Counted from the first letter of the stretch, positions 27,289 to 35,160 are shown. The stretch: DNA of 64,000 nucleotides from Candidatus Nanohalarchaeota archaeon (GCA_017610385.1 JAFCCC010000002.1:94570-158569), one strand, 5' to 3'. A program made the numbers and translations. Notes: generated by a model from the letters alone, not told the origin.

Positions 27289-27441
27289 TTTTCGGAAACT
27301 CAAATTGGATATAACAATTTATATACGTAATTTTATATCTAATTTAAGTGTATAAAACTATATGGGCGAACTTGAAACGTTGAATTTGGAATTCTTTTAT
27401 CTATCTGATCTTTAGAATGCTGGGAGACGAGATTCAAACGC

Positions 27442-27545
27442 AACTGCGGTCAGTTGCATCAACACGTAAAACTCTTACGAGTTTTCCTAACTTGTGAACA
27501 AAATTCACAAGCACAGCGGATTACTGCGTAACTTACTTCACTTTT
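27442..27545 (-). repeat. W element copy 1 (three-hairpin, about 104 nt), inverted relative to copy 2
   Basis: The 59-nt core 27458-27516 is the reverse complement of 35309-35367 with one mismatch. The flanks are homologous but diverged. Confidence 0.85.
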
Positions 27546-27572
27546 CGCTTAAGCCTTTTGTTAAAAAGGCTT
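27541..27572 (-). repeat. Z hairpin unit (aagcctttt..aaaaggctt + aagcgaaaag), downstream of tRNA-Leu
   Basis: The reverse complement matches 46626-46657 at 30 of 32 positions. Both differences fall in the loop. Confidence 0.85.
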
Positions 27573-27576
27573 ATTT

Positions 27577-27659
27577 TGCGAGGGACGAGATTTGAACTCG
27601 CGGACTCCTACGAGACTAGGCCCTCAACCTAGCGCCTTTGACCACTTGGCTACCCCCGC
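27577..27659 (-). tRNA. tRNA-Leu (anticodon GAG), class II, no intron
   Basis: Hand-folded. Acceptor is GCGGGGG/CCCTCGC and the D arm is GCC-AAGTGGTCAAA-GGC. The anticodon stem CTAGG/CCTAG carries loop TTGAGGG. There is a long variable arm, the T arm is GCGAG-TTCAAAT-CTCGT, and the discriminator is A. Confidence 0.9.
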
Positions 27660-27724
27660 AACTGAAACGCCAGCTGGTACCAACAGCGAATTATTAATAT
27701 AACTCATTTTCATTTTCAGTTTAA

Positions 27725-27755
27725 TTTTCGCTTAAACCTTTTACTGAAAAGGTTT
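27725..27755 (-). repeat. Z hairpin unit, upstream of tRNA-Leu
   Basis: The reverse complement aaaccttttcagtaaaaggtttaagcgaaaa matches 46565-46595 at 28 of 31 positions. One difference is a compensatory G-C to A-T stem change. Confidence 0.8.
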
Positions 27756-27842
27756 AGAATAAGAAGGAATATTAATCTTTCTTTATTGCTTTTTTCGTGT
27801 TTTATACAAATTTATAATAACTCTATTAGCCAATTTTTGAGT

Positions 27843-29204
27843 ATGCCGTTTGAAGAAACTAAAAAGTTGGAAGGTCATGAAGAACAGGTTTTCATAAAAA
27901 GAATTTTAGTTTCATTATCTCTTGCAGTTGTTTCTTGGGTTTTAACTCCGGGTCTGATTTATGAACAAAGAATTGTTCTTTGTATAACTGTCTTAAGCGT
28001 ATTATTGTGGGCGACTGCGGCTATTCCGTTATATATCACATCTTTGCTTTTGCCGATCTGGTTAACGTTATTTGGACTTTATTTGCCAATTAAAATTTTG
28101 CCTTTGTTTTTTGATCCAGTAATTGTTCTTTTATTGGGTGGATTATTAATTGCAAGAGCGATGCATAATCTAAAATTAGATGAGAAAATTGCTATAACAT
28201 TGGTTTCTTTGGCTACGAATACAAAAAATATTGTGATATTTTTGATGATTACAACAGCTTTTCTTTCAATGTGGATGTCCAATACAGCTACAACCGCATT
28301 AATGCTTCCTATAGGAATAGTTCTTTTGAAGAAATTAAAATTGGAAACCAAAATTTATGCGAAAGTTGTGGTGTTGGGTATTGCGTTTGCAGCGAATATT
28401 GGAGGAATTGCTACCTTAGTTGGCTCTCCGCCGAACGCATTAACTGCTGGCTTTTTAAAAGAATTAACTGGGAATGTAATTACTTTTGGAGGGTGGATGA
28501 TGTATGCCTTGCCTCTAACTATATTATTATTACCTATTTGTTGGAATTTATTGTGGTATTGGTTTAAACCAGAATTTAAAGAAGTACAAATTAAAAAAGA
28601 AAAATTTAAAATAGGAGGGAAAGAAAGAATTTTTAGTTTAATTTTCTTCTTGACAATTGTGGCTTGGTTAACTACTCCACTTCATGGAGTTTCTAGTTCA
28701 ATTATTGCTTTAGGATCTGCTATTATACTTTTACTTCTTAGATTCATTAAAAAAGAAGATTTAAGTAAGATTAGCTGGTCCACCTTGTTTTTGGTGGGTG
28801 GAGGGCTAATTCTTGGCCACGCCATTGTTGAATCCGGATTATCAAAAAGTTTTATTCAGTTATTAGGTAATAGTTTACTTACTCAACCATTATGGATTAT
28901 AGCTTATGGCTTAATTGCAGTTGCAATGTTCTGGGGGGTTTTTATTTCTAATACTGCTGCGGCTGCGTTAATTGTTCCTTTAATTATCCCACTATCTGCA
29001 CTTTTGGGAGTTAATCCTATAATTTACGCTGTATCAGTAGGGATCGCTGTCTCATTAACTTTTATTTTTCCAATAGATACGCCTCCATTGGCCCTGGCTT
29101 ATGCTACGGGGTATATAAAAATTAAAGATATGCTGAAAGTTGGATTAGTTATGACTTTGATTTCTTTAATTTTGGTTGGGTTGTTTGCTTTATTTATTTG
29201 GTGA
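27843..29204 (+). CDS. DASS/SLC13-family (ArsB/NhaD superfamily) anion:sodium symporter
   Basis: Polytopic membrane protein with duplicated hairpin motifs SNTATTALMLPIG and SNTAAAALIVPL. ATG 27843 preferred over the TTG at 27786. Confidence 0.8.
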   Translation: MPFEETKKLEGHEEQVFIKRILVSLSLAVVSWVLTPGLIYEQRIVLCITVLSVLLWATAAIPLYITSLLLPIWLTLFGLYLPIKILPLFFDPVIVLLLGGLLIARAMHNLKLDEKIAITLVSLATNTKNIVIFLMITTAFLSMWMSNTATTALMLPIGIVLLKKLKLETKIYAKVVVLGIAFAANIGGIATLVGSPPNALTAGFLKELTGNVITFGGWMMYALPLTILLLPICWNLLWYWFKPEFKEVQIKKEKFKIGGKERIFSLIFFLTIVAWLTTPLHGVSSSIIALGSAIILLLLRFIKKEDLSKISWSTLFLVGGGLILGHAIVESGLSKSFIQLLGNSLLTQPLWIIAYGLIAVAMFWGVFISNTAAAALIVPLIIPLSALLGVNPIIYAVSVGIAVSLTFIFPIDTPPLALAYATGYIKIKDMLKVGLVMTLISLILVGLFALFIW

Positions 29205-29281
29205 GGTCCGAGTACTCGGATATCTTGATTTTATTGGCTTTTAGAAATATTTATAAGAATACTACCACTTATAAATAATAA

Positions 29282-30007
29282 ATGCCAGAAAATACGGTAG
29301 ATGATGTATGGAATGCCTTTAAGGTTGATGACGTATGGAATGCCTTTAAGGTTGATCTTTCTAGAAGAGATTGTCCAGTAGGTTTAACTCCGAAGAAATT
29401 CGAAGGTGGAGAATTAATCTATGGTCCAGAAGATGCAGATCAAATTCTATATCTTATTTCAGGGTATGCAAAAGGAATAAAATATGGTGGGAGGGTTCTT
29501 ATCGTGGATATTTTTGGTCCTGCCACAATTATCGGCGAATTAAGAATACCAGAAGCTCATGAAGAAATAGAATATCAGACATTAATCAGAGGAACATATG
29601 AATCTGCATCTTTAACAGATTTTAAAATATTTTTAGCAAATAATCCAGAATATGTTTTTCCATTATTGGTAAACAATTTAAGAAATTCTAATAACTTTAT
29701 TAATAAAATATCTCATTTCGACATGGAGCAAACTTCAAAAAGGATTTCTTACATTTTAGGTGAATTAATGGATTGTTTTGGAGAACAAACAGATAGAGGT
29801 ACAATACTTCCGTTTCCAGTAACACATGAAGAAATAGGTCAATTAATAGGGCGTGCTAGAGAAAATGTTACTCTAGAATTAAATAGATTAACCGAATATG
29901 GAATTGTAGACATAAAGAGGAGAGATATTGCAGTTATAGACCTTGAAAAATTGAAAAGTTGGCCAAATTTGTCTAAATCAAAATTTAAAGAAACCTATCA
30001 ATCCTAA
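29282..30007 (+). CDS. Crp/Fnr-family transcriptional regulator
   Basis: Contains a cNMP-binding-like beta-roll (YLISGYAKG...GELR) and the C-terminal HTH THEEIGQLIGRARENVTLELNRLTEYGIV. Confidence 0.8.
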   Translation: MPENTVDDVWNAFKVDDVWNAFKVDLSRRDCPVGLTPKKFEGGELIYGPEDADQILYLISGYAKGIKYGGRVLIVDIFGPATIIGELRIPEAHEEIEYQTLIRGTYESASLTDFKIFLANNPEYVFPLLVNNLRNSNNFINKISHFDMEQTSKRISYILGELMDCFGEQTDRGTILPFPVTHEEIGQLIGRARENVTLELNRLTEYGIVDIKRRDIAVIDLEKLKSWPNLSKSKFKETYQS

Positions 30008-30148
30008 AATTAATGTAAGTAACCCTATTGCCAACAATAGATGACCAAGCCAATCATCTTTAACGTGTTTGTTTGTTAGAAGTGTATGTGCGTATTTTAC
30101 TATTCCTAAAAAAATAGGTATTGCAGTCAACAGAATTCTTGCATCCAT
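29978..30148 (-). CDS. possible small two-TM membrane protein (56 aa)
   Basis: ORF below the track cutoff: MDARILLTAIPIFLGIVKYAHTLLTNKHVKDDWLGHLLLAIGLLTLILGLIGFFKF. Its 3' end overlaps the Crp gene end on the opposite strand. Confidence 0.3.
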   Translation of the reverse strand: MDARILLTAIPIFLGIVKYAHTLLTNKHVKDDWLGHLLLAIGLLTLILGLIGFFKF

Positions 30149-30234
30149 GGTAAAAAGTTAACTTCTGTTGTTTAAATAATTTAATAAAATAAAAAAAGGA
30201 AAAGAGATGATTTGATTATTTTGTTCCTCTAATC

Positions 30235-30432
30235 TTAATCTTTTGTTTCTATGATCTTAATTGCACCAACAGGACATGCTGCTTCAGCATCTTTGTTGCA
30301 TCCAACAACATCTAGATTTATCTCTATTGGATTTGACTTTCCTTCTGAGGTCATTTCCCAATTATTTGGACAAATTGCAGCACAAGAACCACAACCAATA
30401 CATGCTACTTTGTCGTGTTTTATTACAAACAT
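30235..30432 (-). CDS. small 4Fe-4S ferredoxin
   Basis: 65 aa carrying CIGCGSCAAICP plus a distal CPVGAI. Confidence 0.8.
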   Translation of the reverse strand: MFVIKHDKVACIGCGSCAAICPNNWEMTSEGKSNPIEINLDVVGCNKDAEAACPVGAIKIIETKD

Positions 30433-30467
30433 AATTTCACCTTCTTCTAGTATGGAGTTGCGCGCTA

Positions 30468-30767
30468 TTAATAGTTTGTGGGTCTGGGCAAATAATCAGA
30501 GTCTAATTTCATCATAAGTTCGTCGTATATTCCTTGTACGGGATTTCTGAACTTGGAACCGTGTTGCTCAAGAAATTGCGTGGCCAATACTCCACAAAGA
30601 TATGGTTGCGCAAAACCAATAACACCTAAGGCTGCAGCAGAAAACAACATTGATTCAGAAGAAAGTACATGGGTTGTTATCTCAAACGAAGTATCTGAAA
30701 CTGCACCCAGTACATTCTTAATAATATCTAAAACAACCATTTGAATCACTAAATTCCCCAGAACCAA
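30468..30767 (-). CDS. hypothetical protein upstream of the ferredoxin
   Basis: 99-aa ORF co-directional with the ferredoxin gene; no motif recognised. The plus-strand ORFs here look like antisense artefacts. Confidence 0.4.
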   Translation of the reverse strand: MVLGNLVIQMVVLDIIKNVLGAVSDTSFEITTHVLSSESMLFSAAALGVIGFAQPYLCGVLATQFLEQHGSKFRNPVQGIYDELMMKLDSDYLPRPTNY

Positions 30768-30830
30768 CCCATTAGAATATAGTATTAGATAGAATATAAA
30801 GATTCTATAAAGAAATCCTAAGGTATAAAA

Positions 30831-30842
30831 ATTCTATAGAAT
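30831..30842. promoter_or_regulatory. perfect 12-nt palindrome attctatagaat upstream of the hydrogenase genes
   Basis: Perfect dyad 63 nt upstream of ATG 30905. A related attctata motif lies at 30802-30809. It could equally be TATA-like promoter sequence. Confidence 0.2.
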
Positions 30843-30904
30843 AGTGCTGAAGCAACAGATTGACAGTAATAAAAGTAATATACTCAGAGATTTAATTTAG
30901 CTTT

Positions 30905-31642
30905 ATGCAAAAAAAACCGTCATTAGGCTTTTTCTCATTCACCGGTTGCTCTGGATGTGAATTTACTGTTTTGTTTATTGATGGCATATTAGATATTCTA
31001 GATAAATTTAATATAGAATATTTTCATTTGCTGAAAGAGAAAAATAGAGAAGCGCAATATGATTTGGCATTTGTTGAGGGTGCAATAACAACTAAAAGAG
31101 AGATTGAAAAACTAAAACGAATTAGAAAACAAAGCAAATTTTTAGTTGCAATGGGTGCCTGCGCTACTCACGGAGGAATTCCGATTCAACGAAATTTTAT
31201 TGAAAAAAAAGAATTACAAAAATATGTTTACAATCAAAAAATGTTGAAAGATTCTATTGATGTTGCGCCGATAGACAAATTCATCAAAGTGGATCATTAT
31301 TTATATGGATGTCCAATCATTAAATCAGAATTTATTGAGTTTATTGAGGCATATTTGAAAGGTAAGAAAAAAGAACAGTTTAAAGGGCCAGTTTGCATGG
31401 AATGTCCTAGAAGAGGTAAAGACTGTTTCTTGAACCAAGGGATAGAATGTCTTGGATCTATCACGCAAGGAGGTTGTAAGGCGCTTTGTACATCTCAAAA
31501 TGTTCCTTGTACTATGTGTAGAGGACCTTTAGAATCTGCAAATTTCCCTGTTGAAATTAAGCTTTTAGAATCTTTTGGGCTGAGTAAAAAAGAAATATTA
31601 AATAAATTAAGATATTTTACAGATAAGGTGAAAAGCAAATGA
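30905..31642 (+). CDS. [NiFe]-hydrogenase small subunit (cytosolic group-3-like)
   Basis: Contains FTGCSGCE and GACATHGG proximal-cluster motifs. A C-terminal Cys-rich region (CMECP..C, C..GGC..C, C..C) could bind further clusters. It overlaps the large-subunit start. Confidence 0.85.
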   Translation: MQKKPSLGFFSFTGCSGCEFTVLFIDGILDILDKFNIEYFHLLKEKNREAQYDLAFVEGAITTKREIEKLKRIRKQSKFLVAMGACATHGGIPIQRNFIEKKELQKYVYNQKMLKDSIDVAPIDKFIKVDHYLYGCPIIKSEFIEFIEAYLKGKKKEQFKGPVCMECPRRGKDCFLNQGIECLGSITQGGCKALCTSQNVPCTMCRGPLESANFPVEIKLLESFGLSKKEILNKLRYFTDKVKSK

Positions 31643-32913
31643 AAAACATTAAATTAGATCACGTAACGAAAATAGAAGGACACGCGAAATTACATGTTAT
31701 CATTGATAAAGGAAAAGTAAAAAAAGCGGATTTACAAGTATTTGAAGGTTCTCGTTTTTTTGAGGGCATTTTAAAAGGAAAGAGATATGATGATTTAAGT
31801 CCTATTTCTTCTAGAATTTGCGGGGTTTGTTCTGTTGTTCATGCAATAACTGCATTAGAGTCTGTTGAAAAAGCAATGGGGGTTAAAGTATCTAAACAGA
31901 CTAGAAAATTAAGACAAGTAATGAATATTGCAGGGACACTTCAAAGTCATACGCTTCATTTATATTTCATGGTTTTGCCAGATTATTTTGGTTTTTCAAA
32001 TGCGTTAAAACTAGCTGCAGAGAATAAAGAGTTAATTGTAAGAGCACTAGATTTGAAGCGGTTTGGAAATAGAATTGTAAGAGCAATAGGGGCTAGAGAT
32101 GTTCATCCGTTCACGTTCGTGGTTGGAGGGATTTCTAGATCTCCAGAGCAAGAAGAATTGGATTCTATTTTACAGGAATGCAAAAAATTAATTCCTGCAG
32201 GTAAAAAAACAATGGAACTTTTTGCTAAAATTAAAGTTCCAGATTTTGAATTAAAAAGAAATTATTATGCACTAACAGGCGGCAATTATTTTTGTGGCGG
32301 AGATAAAATAACTTGTTATTCTAATGAAGAGATTTCAACTCAGAAATATGAAAATCATGTTTCAGAATATTTTCAAGAAGGAAGTACCTCGGAATTTGTA
32401 ATGGATAAAAAAGGAAACAGTTACATGGTCGGAGCGATGGCTAGAATACTAATTAAAGGAAATCTGCTTTCTGAAGAATCAAGAAAATATCAGAAGATTA
32501 TTGAAAAAAATAAATTTAATCCTTTTTATAATAATTTAGCTCAGGCTATTGAAATTTTTGAATGTTTGAAACAGATTGAGAAAATTTTGACAAATTTTAA
32601 AGTTAAAAAGGAGTTACCTATTAAATTTAAAGAGAAAGCGGGGAATGGTATTGGCGCATTCGAAGCGCCCAGAGGTATTTTATTCCATAGATACACCATT
32701 GATAAAAACGGATTTTGCACTAGTGCAAATATAACTACTCCAACTTCCCAAAGCTTACAAAATTTACAAGAAAATATCAGAAATTTCTTACCTAAAATTG
32801 TAAATCAAAGTGAAGAAAAAATAAAATTGATGGTAGAAGAACTAATAAGAGCGTATGATCCATGCATATCTTGTTCTACACATTTTTTAGAATTAAAATT
32901 AGAAAGAAAGTGA
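31639..32913 (+). CDS. [NiFe]-hydrogenase large subunit
   Basis: Contains the N-terminal RICGVCSVVH (RxCGxCxxxH) and C-terminal DPCISCSTH (DPCxxCxxH). Nine residues (FLELKLERK) follow the His. Confidence 0.92.
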   Translation: MKNIKLDHVTKIEGHAKLHVIIDKGKVKKADLQVFEGSRFFEGILKGKRYDDLSPISSRICGVCSVVHAITALESVEKAMGVKVSKQTRKLRQVMNIAGTLQSHTLHLYFMVLPDYFGFSNALKLAAENKELIVRALDLKRFGNRIVRAIGARDVHPFTFVVGGISRSPEQEELDSILQECKKLIPAGKKTMELFAKIKVPDFELKRNYYALTGGNYFCGGDKITCYSNEEISTQKYENHVSEYFQEGSTSEFVMDKKGNSYMVGAMARILIKGNLLSEESRKYQKIIEKNKFNPFYNNLAQAIEIFECLKQIEKILTNFKVKKELPIKFKEKAGNGIGAFEAPRGILFHRYTIDKNGFCTSANITTPTSQSLQNLQENIRNFLPKIVNQSEEKIKLMVEELIRAYDPCISCSTHFLELKLERK

Positions 32914-32918
32914 GAGCG

Positions 32919-33299
32919 TCATTCTACCGAACAGTCTTGTAATAGTTCTAGTACGTCTGATTTAATCTTAGAAATATTGCCTTTTTGAGGAACCCCAATA
33001 ATTCTTATTTTGTCAATGTTGCCCATATCTTTTAACAGGTTTAGGAAAAAGGCCACATCTAAGTCATGCGTCGTAATAGAACTTACTTGCTCAAATTCTT
33101 CTAGACTGTTAAATAATTTTACTTTATGTAAATTTTTGACAACATCTACAATAACAAACTCTTCTCGAAATTCGATTTGTTCGAGTGTGTTAACTTGATT
33201 AAATTCAAAGGAACCTTTCAGAGATTTCATTACTCTTAAAGCTAAATTATCTTCTTTGAGAAATCCATTTCCTAAAACATATATTTTCATTATATTCAC
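32919..33299 (-). CDS. hydrogenase maturation endopeptidase-like protein
   Basis: 126 aa with VLGNGFLKEDNLALRV, VIVDVV and THDLD in the HycI/HyaD-like order. It sits next to the large-subunit gene. Confidence 0.6.
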   Translation of the reverse strand: MNIMKIYVLGNGFLKEDNLALRVMKSLKGSFEFNQVNTLEQIEFREEFVIVDVVKNLHKVKLFNSLEEFEQVSSITTHDLDVAFFLNLLKDMGNIDKIRIIGVPQKGNISKIKSDVLELLQDCSVE

Positions 33300-33319
33300 T
33301 TAGTCACTTTTCACCGTAC

Positions 33320-34222
33320 TCACTCAGTTACAAATGTGCTTTTTATTCTTCCAATTTTATAAGCACCAATTAAGATTAAAAAGGATCCCAAAAGAGGTAC
33401 TATTCCAAGAGGTTCTTTGAAAATCAAAATTCCCAGAATTAAAGAAATTACTGGCGCAAGCAATAAAAAACTGGTTGCTTTTGAAATATCAATTAATTTT
33501 ATGCTCCAATACCAGCAGAAAACATATGCAAATAAGAGTGCTGTGGATATTATTATTTTGATTATTTGGGCTGAGTTTAATTGCAATAATAAATTAAATT
33601 TCCCAAAAATACCTATGACTCCGAAAAGCACTATTGCCCCGATAAACATTCTTGAAAAAGAAATTATCCAATTGCTCTCCCCTTTGTTCATTGCTTTTTT
33701 AGATATTGTAATTTCAATTGCCCACAAAAATGTGGCGCCCAATATCAGCAAATCACCTAATTGTGGATTTGAAAAAAATTCTGTTGGATTAATTTTTGTA
33801 AACACAATAAAAATAATTCCGATAAACATTGCAAGTAAATATGGCAAATATTTTTTCACTTTTTCTTTTAAGAAGAAATAAGCTAGTCCAAATGTAAAAA
33901 AGGGTAAAGTTTTATGCAAAAATGCCGCTCGCCCACCAGTTGTTAATTTTAGACCGCTGAAGAATAATAGAAAGGCTAAACCACCACCAATTATTCCTAT
34001 AGCCAATAAATACTTCCATGAAACGCTGTTAAATCCTTTAAAACTAAATTTGTTACTGTAAAAACATATAATAAAAAAAACAAGACCGATAAACAGCGCT
34101 CGAATTGCTGTGAATAAAAATGGATCTATTGTTGCTACAAAGAACTTATTTGCAATAATCGAAACACCGCTTATTATTGCAGTTAAAATTGCAAGCAGAC
34201 TTCCAAGAGTTTCGTTATTCAT
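33320..34222 (-). CDS. EamA/DMT-family transporter
   Basis: Roughly 10 TM segments in two EamA-like halves. Its start overlaps the upstream gene's stop. Confidence 0.75.
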   Translation of the reverse strand: MNNETLGSLLAILTAIISGVSIIANKFFVATIDPFLFTAIRALFIGLVFFIICFYSNKFSFKGFNSVSWKYLLAIGIIGGGLAFLLFFSGLKLTTGGRAAFLHKTLPFFTFGLAYFFLKEKVKKYLPYLLAMFIGIIFIVFTKINPTEFFSNPQLGDLLILGATFLWAIEITISKKAMNKGESNWIISFSRMFIGAIVLFGVIGIFGKFNLLLQLNSAQIIKIIISTALLFAYVFCWYWSIKLIDISKATSFLLLAPVISLILGILIFKEPLGIVPLLGSFLILIGAYKIGRIKSTFVTE

Positions 34223-34764
34223 AACGGTATATTATCATAGGTCATTAAAATATGTTTTAATTTGGAATAATTTTTCTCAGAAATTTTTTCTATTGCATTA
34301 TCATAGTGAATCGTAATCAAATCATTGACTTTAAATTCATCTAAAAATTCTGATTTCACCTTCCTTTCACCAAAAAGTGTTTTAACAGTTAATTCAGTAG
34401 AGTTGGTGGCTATAATTTTTGCAGGCAAAACTAAACAGCGTTTTACATTAAGATCTCCAAAATCTGCGTTTCTATCTAAAACCACTGCTGCGTGCATATC
34501 CCAAAAATAGGTGTGTAGGATTTCTTTGTCGATTTTTTCTTTTCCTTGTTTTTTTGCTAGAACAAGAAGATTTCCTGTTGCAAATGGCCAGATTTCCTGT
34601 AAATCTTTTTCAATTTTCTCTTTTTTAGTTACTTTGTCTTCTAATTCATCGAGAAAGTTTTGGGTTATGTTCCCTCGCTGAACCAAAACACACCCACAAG
34701 GAACCGCATATCTAAGAAATAATTGCTCGGTTTCAGAATCTGTAAATTTAATCATCTGAATCAC
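34219..34764 (-). CDS. HypC-like domain protein with a 109-aa N-terminal extension
   Basis: The C-terminal CLVLPAKII...NDLITIHYDNAIEKISEKNY parallels HypC (MCxxxPGxI...VLVHVGFA...I.E.EA). The N-terminal region is unrecognised. It is translationally coupled to hypC and to the DMT gene. Confidence 0.55.
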   Translation of the reverse strand: MIQMIKFTDSETEQLFLRYAVPCGCVLVQRGNITQNFLDELEDKVTKKEKIEKDLQEIWPFATGNLLVLAKKQGKEKIDKEILHTYFWDMHAAVVLDRNADFGDLNVKRCLVLPAKIIATNSTELTVKTLFGERKVKSEFLDEFKVNDLITIHYDNAIEKISEKNYSKLKHILMTYDNIPL

Positions 34765-34970
34765 TCATTTGCACTAGCATATAATTCGATAATTTTTTCA
34801 GCTTCCTCTCTTTTTAAGATTTGAACAATTTCCTTTTGAGAAACTAAGACATAATCATTCAATTTTGGTTTTAAAATTAGGACTCCTGCCTCTCTTTTTA
34901 ATCCAGAATAGTCTACAATAACTGAATCATCTTTTAGTTCAATCACTTTTCCAGGAATTGCCATACACAT
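34761..34970 (-). CDS. hypC: hydrogenase assembly chaperone HypC
   Basis: Carries MCMAIPGKVIEL. The start is set at the Met directly preceding the essential Cys. The ORF track starts 3 codons earlier. Confidence 0.8.
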   Translation of the reverse strand: MCMAIPGKVIELKDDSVIVDYSGLKREAGVLILKPKLNDYVLVSQKEIVQILKREEAEKIIELYASANE

Positions 34971-35068
34971 TTTAATCAATTAATTATATTTTCTTTCTAA
35001 TTACTCTCTTTGAAGCATAGTATAAACTATATTATTTTTTAAGAATTTTTACTATTAATAAGATGATG

Positions 35069-35160
35069 TCCGAACGCTCGGATGCCTGCAAAATCAGGCA
35101 ACACTTTGGGCTACACTCATTTCGTGAGGCAACCTTCACAAAAGTAACCGGCAAATCAGA
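35069..35160. repeat. cluster of short hairpins in the hypC / tRNA-Tyr divergent spacer
   Basis: The hairpins are tccga-acgc-tcgga, tgcctg-caaaat-caggca and ctca-tttcg-tgag. The first 14-mer recurs reverse-complemented at 46506-46519. Confidence 0.5.

Noticed and set aside
30251-30744. Plus-strand ORFs 30251-30517 and 30553-30744.
   Set aside because: They are antisense to the ferredoxin gene, which has a clear CxxCxxC...CP motif, and to its upstream co-directional ORF.
33417-33881. Plus-strand 154-aa ORF.
   Set aside because: It is antisense to the EamA/DMT transporter gene.
35060-35160. Possible C/D-box sRNA starting at aagATGATGTcc.
   Set aside because: No CUGA D or D' boxes at the required spacing, and no terminal stem.
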